Both the position numbers and the translations under genes were made by a program. From NCBI RefSeq assembly GCF_037042905.1, contig NC_087251.1, forward strand, positions 33,978,001 through 34,042,000: a stretch of DNA of 64,000 nt, given 5' to 3'. This document shows, one piece after another, positions 37,481 to 50,229 of this stretch. Under the pieces are notes generated by a model. That model was not told the origin of the DNA and made no database searches. It saw only the letters and a program-made list of their open reading frames with translations. Every line of letters begins with the position of its first letter. The stretch's first letter is position 1. The stretch comes from Lytechinus pictus (taxonomy: Eukaryota).

Positions 37481-39669
37481 AAAATCCCTCTCACTGACAG
37501 AACAATATTTGTGTCCATGCAGTTTGTGTCAGTCAACCCCCGTGAATACCTATATCGACATCCATAATTGTATTCTTGCATGCATGCAGCTTATGATTAT
37601 TATATATACTATAAATTTAGGTCAGTGTTGACTGGGCATCGAGGTAGGCCTCGCGAGTATGTATATACTTAGGAAGTTTGGGCATGTTGGGAGTAGCATT
37701 GTTAATTAGAGCTCTATATAACACTCATGGAAGCAAAAATATACTAGGCAACGTGCCAAGAGTTGTGATATTAGGAATTCAACAAAACAATCACCTCTAA
37801 CCAATCGCAATACCCCCCCCCCCTGCCGCTTGTTAATATTTTCCATAATAAGGGTCATATATATTCAAAATCAATTCAATTCTTCTTTTCAATCATTTTA
37901 AATCAATTTCTATACATCATTGACGCTACTATAGATCGAGCTTATTTTATTTCCTCAACATTTCGAAGACAAGAACGGCCACGCCGGGTACGTGCATGCG
38001 TCTTGGAAGTCTATATAGCTCAATCATCGATCGCCTCATTCAATTGATTTTAAAGGAGGTATTGAATTATGGGGGGTATATATTATGTTGTTGAAATGTC
38101 GCTCGTTCAATACTTATGTTATTTGCGAGAATTATTATTTTTAATTACATTTTCTTGCATATATTGTCCGCCCGAATATCAGATACAGATTTTCTCGATT
38201 TTCTCGATTAAAATTCCGCACGGTTTATTGCACAAGGAAATCTTTACGGTCTTTGATATATCTTCTGCGGGATCTTTTGTCCCTTTTTTTGGCCTACGCC
38301 TTGCAGACAGAGCTTATAGAATTTATTGTTTCTTCACCGGTCTCTTCATCTCACATTAAATGCACTATAGCTGCATGTATTACAGAACACTGAAAAAGTA
38401 TTCTTTTCAATTCAACTAGACAAAACAATCCCCAGGCAGCCTGTGATCGTGAGCCGTCTGACCCAAGCCACCAATCACTAGTAGCTTCCTCAAGACAATC
38501 CACCTGACCCCAAAAGCCTATCTGCATTCAACTGGTTCAAGCTTTAGGGTTGACGTGCCAACCAATCCGAATTGGTATTGAACTTGGCTACAGTCCAGAC
38601 TGAGCTGTTGCTATGCTGAATAACTACTATAGTTCTGCAGCAGAAATAGAAGAATGGGGAAAAAAAAAGAACTCATTGATGATCGATGAACTCGACCGGG
38701 AACTCGATCACCATTGTGTAGAACAAACTTTTTGGAGGGGTAATTTGGTTCTAGTATTCCCTTCCTTCGGCTGAGTTCGCATAGAAGTATGCGGTATACG
38801 GTATACAAATTTCGTTTTGCTTGCCAGTGTTGGAACTCCTCTGCCTCAGCGGGATCGAGGGTGCACCCAGTACGTACACCCCCCCCCCCCCCCTGTATGT
38901 GCCCTAATTGCCCTGCATGCTGCCGCTTTAATACGGTGGATATATCCATGGACCTACCTAGTATAGGTCCATGGATATATCCCACCGCGGGCTGATGGAG
39001 GCAGTTATCATCAGCCACAATATTATCCCTTGGACCACCCAGAAGGAAAAACCAGTAAGACCAGTAAGAATTTTTACTGGTTTCCAGTAGAATTTTACTG
39101 GTTTCCAGTATATTTTTACTGGGCCAGTTGATTTTTAACTGGACCAGTAAAAATAAACTGGAGACCAGTTCGAACAATTGCATTTCAGTTGAAGCAATTA
39201 GTAATACCAGTTAAATTGTTTTTCATCAAACTGGTGTTTCTGGTCCAATAAATGGTTTCCAGTAGATTTCTACTGGTTTCCAGTATATGTTTACTGGACC
39301 AGTTGATTTTTAACTGGACTAGTAAAAATCAACTGGAGACCAGTTCCAACAATTGCATTTCAGTTGAAGCAATTAGTAATACCAGTTAAATTGTTTTTCA
39401 TCAAACTGGTGTTTCTGGTCCAATAAATGGTTTCCAGTAGATTTTACTGGAGTTCCAGTATATGTTTACTGGACCAGTTGATTTTTAACTGGACCAGTAA
39501 AAATCAACTGGAGACCAGTTCAAACAATTGCATTCCAGTTGAAGCAAAGTAGTAATACCAGTTAAATTGTTTTTCATCAAACTGGTGTTACTGGTCCAAT
39601 AAATAATGACTTTATTTCAAGTCAGATCATTTGACGAATTATGGAAAATGAATCTTGCAATTCAGAGAA

Positions 39670-39850
39670 ACTTATTATCGTTATTATTGTTATCATCATT
39701 CTTCTTATAATTATCATAGTTATTATTATTATGATTATTATGATCATTGTTGTCATTCTTATTACTGTTATCATTGTTATCGATATTGTAATAATTATTA
39801 TTAATATTATCATAATTATCAAGTATTAACATTATCATTAAAATAATTAT
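39670..39850. repeat. Imperfect (TAT/CAT)n microsatellite
   Basis: Direct reading. Confidence 0.85.
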
Positions 39851-40069
39851 TTCCTTTAATTATAATTAAGATCAAAGCAAGATATATTCCTCTGATATAG
39901 TCAACTGGTCTAAAGTAATTCATTGTTTGAAATTGAACTGGTCAAGACCAGTAATACCAGTAATTCTGATGATGCTGATCACGCGGTTTACCTCATTTGC
40001 ATATTTCCTATTTTAAAAAGGAAAATCAGGATTTAGAATGGAATATCCTTGCAATGGCACTCATTGTTG

Positions 40070-40946
40070 TTTAGGAAATTGACAAAGCCGATCTCCTAAT
40101 ATTTATATAAAAGTTAGGTCCTACCTTAATTCTTGCTCGCCAGAAGATAGAATGGGATCCAGCCGCTCAGAATCTCAGATAAATTGCACAAATCCGTGAA
40201 TAGAAATATATACACTTCACAATTTCAAATAGATTAGAAAAAGGGATAGATGTCACAAAATGTCTCGCGAAGTAATGAGCTCATTAAATATGCAGAGAAT
40301 ATAGACTTCGAAGGAGTGGAAGTGACGGTAAGGAATAAGATTGGAAAATGCAGAGAAATAATTAAGTATAAGTTGATCCTCCACAAGATTTGATTCAATC
40401 CTCACTAGCAGCTGGATGAGATGGTCAGCATGAGTGGACAGGACGAAGGCAGAGAGTAGAGTGATGATGTGGTAGAGAAGACAAGTTGTTTTTACCAACA
40501 TCAGAAAAGATGAGACAAAGAAATAAGCGCCAAAAAAAGGGGCAAAACAAAGTTGAAAAGAACAAAGAAGAGAGAAGCAGACTGTGAGAAAAGCAAACAT
40601 GCAAGCATCTCTGTAGTGATGTTGTATATACCTGCAAGTTCATTGCAATAAACAAGGAACAATGAAAGGATGTTTGCTCCAAGTCTAGGAACAAAAGAAA
40701 GGTTGTTTCTCAATATAAGAATGTGTTTGCCAAGTAGATTTGGGCAGGAAATGAATTGCCTTGTTCTGTGAATGTAGAGTATTGTGGTACATACACATGG
40801 CGTGAACAAGTGAGAATATATGAAATTGGAAATAAAAGAAAGAATTTATATACATATACAGAATGTAGAAATATAAATGAAAATATATACAAGGAAAGAA
40901 TATATAGATGTAGATATATATAAAGAGATATAGTCAAGTCACTACA
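40070..40946 (-). repeat. 3' LTR
   Basis: Direct repeat of 45265-46141; mismatches seen by eye at 40082, 40702 and 40705. Confidence 0.95.
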
Positions 40947-40949
40947 GTA

Positions 40950-40960
40950 GCTCCCCCCTA
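40950..40960 (-). promoter_or_regulatory. Polypurine tract
   Basis: Minus strand TAGGGGGGAGC-TAC immediately before the TGTAG LTR start. Confidence 0.85.
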
Positions 40961-41077
40961 GATTTGTACCGAATAGAAATGTAGTATCAAATCGACAAAG
41001 GAAAGTAAAAGGGAACTTGGCTATATAAAACAAGAGAATAAAAGGAGTGGAAACACTAGTGAATTTTGAGACATGTT

Positions 41078-44000
41078 TCAACCGTCTCCGAAAAATTGAA
41101 TGAACTTGGCAGGAAACCTGACATGGCGACCAGAACGGGTCTTACGAATTTCGGGAGGCATATGCTTGTCATCAGGATCCCCTGCCAAGTCCGTGGAGTT
41201 GGATTGTTGATGAACTTGGTCAGGTGGATCTTGATGATGAAATGGAGTGGTAGCCTCCTGCTCGATGAAAGCCGGTTTCAGTCTGTCGACACTGACATTT
41301 TCATGTTTACCATTATAATCTATGCTAAAATACTTGTCAGTGCGACGGATGACTCGGAAGGGTCCTCTGTATGGAGGTTGCAATGGCTTTGTAACAGCAT
41401 CATCTCGTAGAAAGATGTGAGATGAAGAATGCAGTTCAGGATGTACCTGTGTTCGAGTTTGCTGTTTTCGAGTAGGAGTGGGATGTAATTCCCGCATCAT
41501 TCTCTTTAGTCTGTGGGCATAGTTAGATGGGTCATCGGCAGAATCAATTTGTGAAGGAGCTACAAATTGTGCAGGTAGAGTGACTGTAGTCCCAAACACA
41601 AGTTCTGCAGCAGAGCATCCAATGTCCGCCTTGATTGCTGTGCGTATACCTAGCAAGACTAAAGGGAGTGACTCGGTCCAATTCGGACCTTGTTATGAGC
41701 TTTGAGAGAAGCTTTAAGTTGGCGGTGAAAACGCTCCACTAAACCATTTGCGGCAGGATGGTATGCTGTTGTGCGGATGCGTTTAGTGCCGAGGAGGTTG
41801 GTGAGTGAAAGGAAAAGTGCCGACTCAAATTGCCTACCTCTGTCTGTTGTGATGGTAGTAGGTGCACCAAACACTGCTACCCATCTGGCCACAAATGCTC
41901 GCGCTACCGTCTCCGCAGTGATGTCTGGGATAGGGATAGCTTCTGGCCATCTGGTGTAGCGATCAACACAAGTAAGAAGATAATTGTTACCCTCTGATGA
42001 AGGAAGCGGGCCAACAAGATCAATGTGCACATGAGAGAAGCGTGCATCAGGTGAAGTGAAAGTACCAAGTGGTGCTTTGGTGTGCCGATGTACTTTACAC
42101 TTTTGACATTCGAGGCATGTTTTGGCCCATTTTCTGACATCAGCGTTGATGCTAGGCCAAACAAAGCGCTCTGTAATGAGCTTTTGAGTAGCTCTGATTC
42201 CTGGATGAGAAAGTCCATGAAGGGAATCAAAAATAGCTCTTCTGTGTTTGACTGGTATCAAAGGCCTGGCAGTACCAGTTGATATATCGCACAGAATGGT
42301 AGTGGTAGAACCTGGGAGAGCAATTGACTTGAGTTGAAGTGAGGAATCTTTCAACTCAGTTTCATCTTCCTGATCCTTTGCGATGGCCGCAAAGTCTATG
42401 ATTGAGGAAGAATCAACTCTGTCGATATACAGACGAGAGAGGGCGTCTGCTGCTGTGTTCTCCTTACCTGAAATGTGCTGTATATCAGAAGTGAACTGAG
42501 AAATGAAATCGAGTTGTCGGATTTCACGTGGCGAATGCCTATCCGGTTTCGATTTGAGTGCATGGGTAAGAGGTTTGTGGTCAGTGTAGATAGTAAATGA
42601 CCTACCTTCAAGAAGATGGCGAAAGTGCTTGATACCCAGATATGCTGCAAGCAACTCCCTACCAAAAGTGCTGTATTTGGTTTCAGCGGGTTGTAACCTC
42701 TTAGAGAAGAAAGCCAGAGGTTGCCAAACTCCATCTACTCGTTGTTGGATAGCTCCCCCAACTCCTTCGTCGGAAGCGTCGACTAGTAGGCACAAGGGAA
42801 CATCAGTGCGAGGGTGCACAAGAACCGTAGAGTTAGCCAATTGATCTTTAGCATGATTGAAAGCAAGAAGCTCTTTCTCTCCAAGATCAATTGGCATGTT
42901 CTTTTTTGTTCTGTTTTTCAACAGATCAGTCAGTGGTTGCAGCACCTCTGCACAACGAGGAATGAATCGCCTGTAGAAGTTTATCAATCCCAGGAATTCT
43001 CGAAGTTTGGTGAGTGACGTAGGTGCGGGAAAATCACGGATGATTTTCACTTTGTCGCTAAGAGGGCGGATTCCGGTGTTGTCCACCATATGTCCGAGAA
43101 AAGATAGCGATGAAGCACCAAACTGACATTTCGAGGGATTGACAATGATGCCATACTCCTGCAGGCGATCGAATAGCAGACGGACGTGTGTCTCATGTTC
43201 ATCCTTAGAGGAACTGGCTACCAGTATATCATCCAGATAAACATAGACAAATGGCAGGCCGCGAATGACAGTGTCCATCAATCGCTGGAACGTTTGCGCT
43301 GCATTCCTAAGGCCGAATGGCATTCGAACGAATTCGAATAAGCCGAATGGAGTGGTCACGGCAGTCTTGTGAATGTCGCTAGGCTCGACTGGGATCTGAT
43401 GATATGCCCTAACGAGATCAATTTTCGAAAAAATTGTCTTACCTGCAAGAGTTGAAGAGAAATCTTGCAAGTGTGGGATAGGGTATCGATCCGGCACTGT
43501 GCGAGCGTTGAGCAAGCGATAATCACCACAAGGCCGCCAGTCCCCTGGCGTTTTCTTGGGAACCATGTGCAATGGACTTGACCAGTTGCTCTCAGATTGT
43601 CGGATAATGCCAAGTTCAAGCATGTGCTCAAACTCTGCCTGGGCAATTCTCTGACGATCTGGAGCAAGACGACGAGGGCGCGCTGCCGCGGGCGGGCCTC
43701 GAGTTGGGATGTGATGCGTGGTAGTATGTTTCACTTCTGAGTGCTTGTAAACCGGTCGTGTGATATCCGGATACTGACGGAGAATGGAGTGAAACCGCTC
43801 CGATGAGTCATGTTGAACATACATCGGGCTAATGGTACCAGTATATGAACCACATCCCTGGACTGTAAGAGTGGTCGTGGTGTCTATCAATCGGCGGTGT
43901 TTGATATCCACCAACAGTCCAAACTGGTCAAGAAAATCGGCACCCAAAATCGGCGTAGGTATGTCTGTCACAACAAATATCCAGCGGAAAACACGCCGTA

Positions 44001-44253
44001 AACCGAGATCAAGTGTGAAAGACTTTTGTCCGAAAGTCTTGATTGGTGATCGATTTACAGCCTGTAGTTGGATATTTGTCGCGTCAACCCTAGCCGGTTT
44101 TCCCAATTTTGAATGAGGGAAAATGCTCACCTCAGCACCTGTGTCGACGAGATAGCGTGTACCAGTGTACTTATCGTTGACAAAGAAAAGGCGACTGGGT
44201 TGGGTGCTGCCAAGGGGGTTAGTCGCCGCTATTCCTTGGCGGGGTCGTTTCCC
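41078..44253 (-). CDS. pol: Gypsy pol (protease-RT-RNase H-integrase), one frameshift near 41685-41690
   Basis: LVDTGA, YLDD, VDAS, HGLSH...CLEC, HIDLVGP/TTDRG/VERFH, and PPYRGPF (GPY/F) in the downstream frame 41078..41656. Confidence 0.95.
44190..44253 (-). promoter_or_regulatory. -1 programmed ribosomal frameshift signal (slippery heptamer + H-type pseudoknot)
   Basis: G_GGA_AAC in gag frame (44253-44247), 6-nt spacer, stems GCCAAGG/CCTTGGC and GGCGACT/AGTCGCC. Confidence 0.8.
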
Positions 44254-45125
44254 TGGGCCTGTCTTGCTGAGAAAGAGCAAGGACTAATGCACTTTTGAGC
44301 ACTGCTCCCATATTTCCAGTGATACCAGCACTGGGCACCTGCATGCTGTTCACTGCGATGCGGGCTGCGCGAAACTGATTGTGGGCGCTTAATCGAGTCC
44401 TTCGACTTGCGCTGTCGACTGCGACCTCTCTCGCGGTTATCCAGCATGGAGCAGGTTAATGCTCGAACTTGCATTGTGAGCTGGTCCACCTGTGCAGAGA
44501 GCTGGTCGACTTTAGTTTCGTGCGTGGGGAGTGGAGGGGGTTGTGATGGCGCCAACTTAGATTGAATGTTGGATATAGTTGGGCCGGCAACTTCAACAAT
44601 TTTGTCCGCAAGCGCCGCTAAGTCCACCAAACTCACCCCATCGCTTGATGCGGCTAGGATGACCTGCACGTTGGTGGGCAAGCGTTGCAAAAATAATTGC
44701 CGAAAAATTGAATCCTCCATTGTGCTCGTCCCCATCAATTGCTGCATCCGCCGGAGGAGTTGCGACGGCGACTTGTCTCCGAGCTCCTCTCCTGACAGCA
44801 GCCGATTGAGGCGCGTCTGCTCGGAGACGGTCGTTCGCTTGACCAGTGCAGCTTTTAATTTTTGATAGGGGTTGTCACCCGGGATAGCAGTAATGATATC
44901 CCTCACCTCCATAGCTACCTCTTGTTGTAGTGAGGCAACTACATAATTGAATTTAGTGATTTCGGCGGTAATACCCTTTGTGTGAAATTGGGCCTCCACC
45001 TGAACGAACCAAATTTCTGGGTCATTTGCCCAGAATGGTGGGAGCTTAATGCTCACCGGAGCAATAGAGGGTGATACTGGAGAAAGATTAGATTCAGGAG
45101 TAGAGGAAACATTAGGAGTAGTCAT
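44229..45125 (-). CDS. gag: Gypsy gag
   Basis: ATG at 45125 (MTTPNV...); KLPPFW...[27 protein letters not shown] = Cx2Hx9Cx3C. Confidence 0.93.
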   Translation of the reverse strand: MTTPNVSSTPESNLSPVSPSIAPVSIKLPPFWANDPEIWFVQVEAQFHTKGITAEITKFNYVVASLQQEVAMEVRDIITAIPGDNPYQKLKAALVKRTTVSEQTRLNRLLSGEELGDKSPSQLLRRMQQLMGTSTMEDSIFRQLFLQRLPTNVQVILAASSDGVSLVDLAALADKIVEVAGPTISNIQSKLAPSQPPPLPTHETKVDQLSAQVDQLTMQVRALTCSMLDNRERGRSRQRKSKDSIKRPQSVSRSPHRSEQHAGAQCWYHWKYGSSAQKCISPCSFSARQAQGNDPAKE

Positions 45126-45245
45126 GTTGTAGAGTAAAGAAAAAAATTGAGAAGTAGAAAGGAAACAAAATAGTGAAGTGAGAAGCAAGAATAGCGAAGT
45201 GAGAGAAATGAATAAAGGGCGATAAAAGAAAATTAAGGATTCAGG

Positions 45246-45263
45246 ATCACGTCGGGGTCACCA
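45246..45263 (-). promoter_or_regulatory. Primer binding site, tRNA-Trp
   Basis: TGGTGACCCCGACGTGAT is complementary to the 3' 18 nt of metazoan tRNA-Trp (...ATCACGTCGGGGTCACCA) as recalled. Confidence 0.9.
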
Positions 45264-45264
45264 G

Positions 45265-46141
45265 TTTAGGAAATTGGCAAAGCCGATCTCCTAATATTTA
45301 TATAAAAGTTAGGTCCTACCTTAATTCTTGCTCGCCAGAAGATAGAATGGGATCCAGCCGCTCAGAATCTCAGATAAATTGCACAAATCCGTGAATAGAA
45401 ATATATACACTTCACAATTTCAAATAGATTAGAAAAAGGGATAGATGTCACAAAATGTCTCGCGAAGTAATGAGCTCATTAAATATGCAGAGAATATAGA
45501 CTTCGAAGGAGTGGAAGTGACGGTAAGGAATAAGATTGGAAAATGCAGAGAAATAATTAAGTATAAGTTGATCCTCCACAAGATTTGATTCAATCCTCAC
45601 TAGCAGCTGGATGAGATGGTCAGCATGAGTGGACAGGACGAAGGCAGAGAGTAGAGTGATGATGTGGTAGAGAAGACAAGTTGTTTTTACCAACATCAGA
45701 AAAGATGAGACAAAGAAATAAGCGCCAAAAAAAGGGGCAAAACAAAGTTGAAAAGAACAAAGAAGAGAGAAGCAGACTGTGAGAAAAGCAAACATGCAAG
45801 CATCTCTGTAGTGATGTTGTATATACCTGCAAGTTCATTGCAATAAACAAGGAACAATGAAAGGATGTTTGCTCCAAGTCTAGGAACAAAAGAAAGTTTT
45901 TTTCTCAATATAAGAATGTGTTTGCCAAGTAGATTTGGGCAGGAAATGAATTGCCTTGTTCTGTGAATGTAGAGTATTGTGGTACATACACATGGCGTGA
46001 ACAAGTGAGAATATATGAAATTGGAAATAAAAGAAAGAATTTATATACATATACAGAATGTAGAAATATAAATGAAAATATATACAAGGAAAGAATATAT
46101 AGATGTAGATATATATAAAGAGATATAGTCAAGTCACTACA
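45265..46141 (-). repeat. 5' LTR
   Basis: Begins TGTAGT on -, ends CCTAAA one base before the PBS. Confidence 0.95.
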
Positions 46142-47529
46142 GTTGTTTAAAAACTTTTCAAATAAGTGTATGAACTAATTCACAATGGAAATATGTAATT
46201 TCATTTATCACATTTAAAATAACAGCAGAAAGATTAATTTACTAACCATCTTTTCCATCACATTTCACTGACCATGGTATATAACAAACCAAATGCATGT
46301 AATAAATTGATCCAGTAAGACCAGTACGAGGACCAGTTCGAGGACCAGTCAGACCAGTAGAAAATACCAGTAAAGACCAGCTTGAATTGGATACCAGTAT
46401 GAAGACCAGTAACAACCACCAGAAACAAGACCAGTATAAAATTCCAGTAATTCAAGACCAGTTTAATTTTTAACAGGACCAGTAAAATTTTAACTGGACC
46501 AGTATGACCAGTTAGACCAGTAAACCGATGTTCCAATTTCCAGAGTTACCAGTTAAAATTATACTGGTCTAACTGGAACTGGTTTTTCCTTCTGGGCAGT
46601 AGGTCCATGATTATCCCAACACTGTGGCCCTCAACCTTCTCCACAAGGACCAGGTGAAGAGATATGGGGGTCGATCGTAAGCCCATCCAAGGAGATGGAT
46701 AAGGTGGCCCGGTGCATAATCATCCCAGAAATAAACCAATTAATGCTGTCGAATAAAGCCCTGGATAATGTTTTTCTTCTCCTCTTCTTTTTCTTTTGTT
46801 TTTTCTTGGTCGTGGAACTTTTTTTTTTGGGGGGGTGGGGGCATCTCACTCCAGTGCTTGAAAATATTGCTCATATTAGCATCTTTCAGATTCTGTCTGA
46901 CCTTTCTATTTATCTCTTTCTGTCTTTCTCCCTCCTTCTCTCTCTATCTCCCTGTTGCTCTTTCCCACTCTCTTGTCTATTATGATCGCCATCATGTCAC
47001 TTTCCTTTTTTTTTAAAAGTTATTAATAATTCTTATATTTGTAATCTGCAATTTATTGTTTACTCTTTTTCCCTCCTTTCTTTTTTCCCTCTTTCCTTTA
47101 TTTTTGCTACACCCCCCTCACTATTCTCACCTTTTCACATGCTTACTCTTGCCATTCTTGCTCCCCTTTCTTGCTCCTCACCTGCTCTTCTTTTTTTTTT
47201 TTATAAATTAAATCTGTCTTATTTCATGCATCTGCTCATTCTTTTTCTTTTTATACTATTATTGCATTTTAAACATAGTGTATTTTTTTTCTTCTTTAAT
47301 GGTCACTGCATGTTATGTATTTATTTATTTCTCTGTTATGTATTTTAAAAAAATGTAAACTCACATTGTTAGTCCTCTGACTTTTTGATGAGTATTGTTT
47401 AATAAAACCGAATTGAATTGAATTGAATATGCTGTTGATGTGTTTCTGTGAAATGGTTTGAACAGGTAGCAGATTGTACCTTGCATTTTTAATAGACATT
47501 ATATCGGAACGATGCCTTGTCCAAAATAC

Positions 47530-48360
47530 TTTAAGATCCAGACTGGACCCGAAAATGAAATTGATAAATTATATACCAATCGAAAGCTTATAAGCTACTA
47601 AATACACCAAGGTATGCTTTATGCATTTTCACCGCTTCCCAGCTGAGTATTTTGCTTAAGAATATTCCAATTATCGGGTTTCGAACCCCGCTTAGAAAAT
47701 AGGCTTTATTGTGCTTTTCACCTGCCTCGAGACCGTGACGTCACGTTGTGTAAGAAGCGTCGTGATTCCATAGGTTTGTACACAGAAAAACTGGGTGATT
47801 TTTTTGCTTTCCAGATAACGCATTTCATTCTCTTCACTTCTATCACAGAGGGATATCACATATATTTTTACCCACAAGCTTGAATTTATGAAATCTGCAG
47901 TTTTGAAATAGTTTTTGCAATATTTTATTTCCTGCTTATTTGGCGCAGATTTCAATTCTAGGCTGCATTTAGATTATGTATAACAACTTTTCCTGACATA
48001 GCAATTTAGGCCCAATAAGAGCCAAACAAAGAAATCACAAAAAAGGTAGTGAATAGTTGTAGGTTTACAACAATTTGAACAGTGAATAATTTTGAGCGCC
48101 ATTTTCATCTGAAAACGAAAAAAAAAAATGGATTCATAACATGGAAATGGAAGAAAATACCCAATGCTTTTGTCCACAAACCTATGGAATCACAACCCTC
48201 CTGACACAACGTGACGTCATCATTTCCAGGCGACGTGGGGGTGCTCAATCGAAGCGTACTTTGGAGGAGCAGTTTCTTTGATTTTTATTTAATATTTTTA
48301 ACTATTGGAAGGAGATATATGTAATATTTTTGGTATATTCGTATTGTATGAATCATTACC
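47530..48360. mobile_element. Degenerate non-autonomous DNA transposon with internal ~45-bp inverted repeats
   Basis: TGACGTCACGTTGTGT...GTGATTCCATAGGTTTGT (~47736-47779) mirrored at ~48176-48219. Confidence 0.5.
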
Positions 48361-50229
48361 TTTATTTTGATATATGATTGTTTTTACACCGGTCAGGGTC
48401 TTTAAAACTTTTATTGTATATACCTATCTTTGATAAAAAAAATAAAATAATAGCAAGACTCAACTTTAAATTACCTAAGTCAATAATGAACCACACCGAA
48501 ATTAGATGTACAAATTTCAAGCAATTAAGCCTGAAAAAAAATATGGAAATCGTCCCTGAAACGAGGTTTATATGGTCTATTTTAAGCAATGATCTAAAGG
48601 CGTTACGTATATAGGCAGTTATATTTTCGTTGAAAGAACGTTCAGCAGTTTTAACAGGCCAAATATATTTATCTCCTTTCTCCATAGATTGTAACTCGAT
48701 GAGTAATATGTTTCAACGCTTTCATCACACAATGACATTTTACACGTACCGTATTCGTTCGTCGGGACCAAACAAACCAACGTTAGCTCAACGTTTATTA
48801 GTTAATTATATCGGGGTTACTATATGCCTTAAATAGGTGATTGACTCATAAAGGAAGTATGCAATGATCATTTGACCCTCTGAAGATCGTCAACTTTGGA
48901 TAAGAGAGTTAAAGCCAAAAATCTATCATTTTCAACATTGATTAACAAAATATCATAATGTACCAGAAAATGGATTATATATATATATATATATGTATAT
49001 ATATAATCGTAAATGATGGCCGGTGCATGGATGTTTTCTGTGTGATAAGTCATGAGTCTATTTAATGTTTAATAAGTCACGTCATATCATAAAGCCTATA
49101 TTGGAATCAACATGTATTTCTGTAATACAGTAATATAGATCATACTGGTAATCGTTATATCAACGATTATCGTTGATGACTAAAATAGTCCCGTCTCGCT
49201 TGGTGTATATAGGAAATGAAATTCGTTGTGACTTGAACATGTTGAATATAAGTGTTTCGCTCTGACGCACTGGCAGTGGCGCGGTATGCACCAAGACGGC
49301 GGGGGGGGGGGGGGGGGTTAGCATTTTTTCCTTGTCCATATGTACCCTTGCCCCCAACATTTTTAATTTGCCCTCCGACACTTGCACCCCCGCTACTGAC
49401 ATTGAATCTTACTGATTATGTAGGATATAATTATGTTCACAAATCTCGTAATTTTGGTAACATTATTGCATGGAAAATAAAACCCCAACGCCAGTACCAA
49501 TGCCAATTATGTTTACACCTTTACTTGGAATAGTTTGCAATAATGAAAAAAAGCTTAATTAAATCAATTAGATTTTGTTTAATTTTTGGTAATTCTTTTA
49601 GACATTTCGGATTGAACTGATTTTTTTTTTTTTCGGAATACTATCCCTTCTTCTCCTCCCATGCAGTCTCGATAACTTGCAGAGAATCGAAAGTTCGTAT
49701 TTTGATATTTTTAAATGTAATTATAGAGGAAGCTAAGATGATGATCATTCTATTTATAAAAATGAACCGCACATATAAAAACAAAAATCAATATAGAATA
49801 ATACATGTTTGGGATATTGCGCAATCAGTTTGTATGTTTCTACATACAAATGTCAGTATCACAAGTTGTGACGGGTTTTCTGGGGATATTACGACATGCA
49901 GCGACATTCGTTGTGTTAAGACGATAATATATCCCTATGACTAAAGCTAGCATTATGTATTTTTAACAGTCATTTAGTCATTTATATATTAATTACTCAA
50001 ATAATCCAGGAGTTAATGTATTATAGAGGGGCATATAGCCTATATAGCTTGCTTTCGTGAATGTCTTTGTTTTTGTTTTGTTGTATATTTACCCTTATCA
50101 ATATACTGTGATTGGATAGTATAAAACATAATGAAAAAAAAGTATTGTTTCCGTCACTGACCATTCGAGCTCGAATTTGTTATCACACTTTGAATAAAAC
50201 TTAATAGGTTATTTATAATTACGTAAAAA

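Larger units (their letters stand above)
40070..46141 (-). mobile_element. Full-length Ty3/Gypsy LTR retrotransposon, CsRn1-like clade
   Basis: Two 877-bp LTRs, TSD GTTG(T), tRNA-Trp PBS, PPT, gag with CHCC knuckle, pol in PR-RT-RH-IN order. Confidence 0.96.
39038..46596. mobile_element. Non-autonomous CACTA/EnSpm (CMC)-type element, ~1.5 kb, interrupted by the Gypsy insertion
   Basis: Perfect 19-bp TIR CCCAGAAGGAAAAACCAGT / ACTGGTTTTTCCTTCTGGG; 2-bp TSD CA (39036-37, 46597-98); dense ACCAGT/ACTGG subterminal repeats; 175-bp unit x3 (39081, 39256, 39431). Confidence 0.8.

Noticed and set aside
38611..39183. 190-aa ORF on -
   Set aside because: Crosses the CACTA TIR junction and other repeats, with no recognisable domain; a chance ORF.
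40068..40069. Canonical CA end for the 3' LTR
   Set aside because: Requires a mismatched TSD (ATTGT vs GTTGT) and is absent from the 5' LTR; these bases fit better as part of the TSD.
40253..41081. Hydrophobic ORFs in and near the LTRs as a possible env or accessory gene
   Set aside because: They lie inside the T-rich LTR, are duplicated in both LTRs, overlap in several frames and show no env motifs.
45246..45263. tRNA-Trp gene fragment
   Set aside because: Only the 3' 18 nt including CCA, adjacent to the LTR: it is the PBS.
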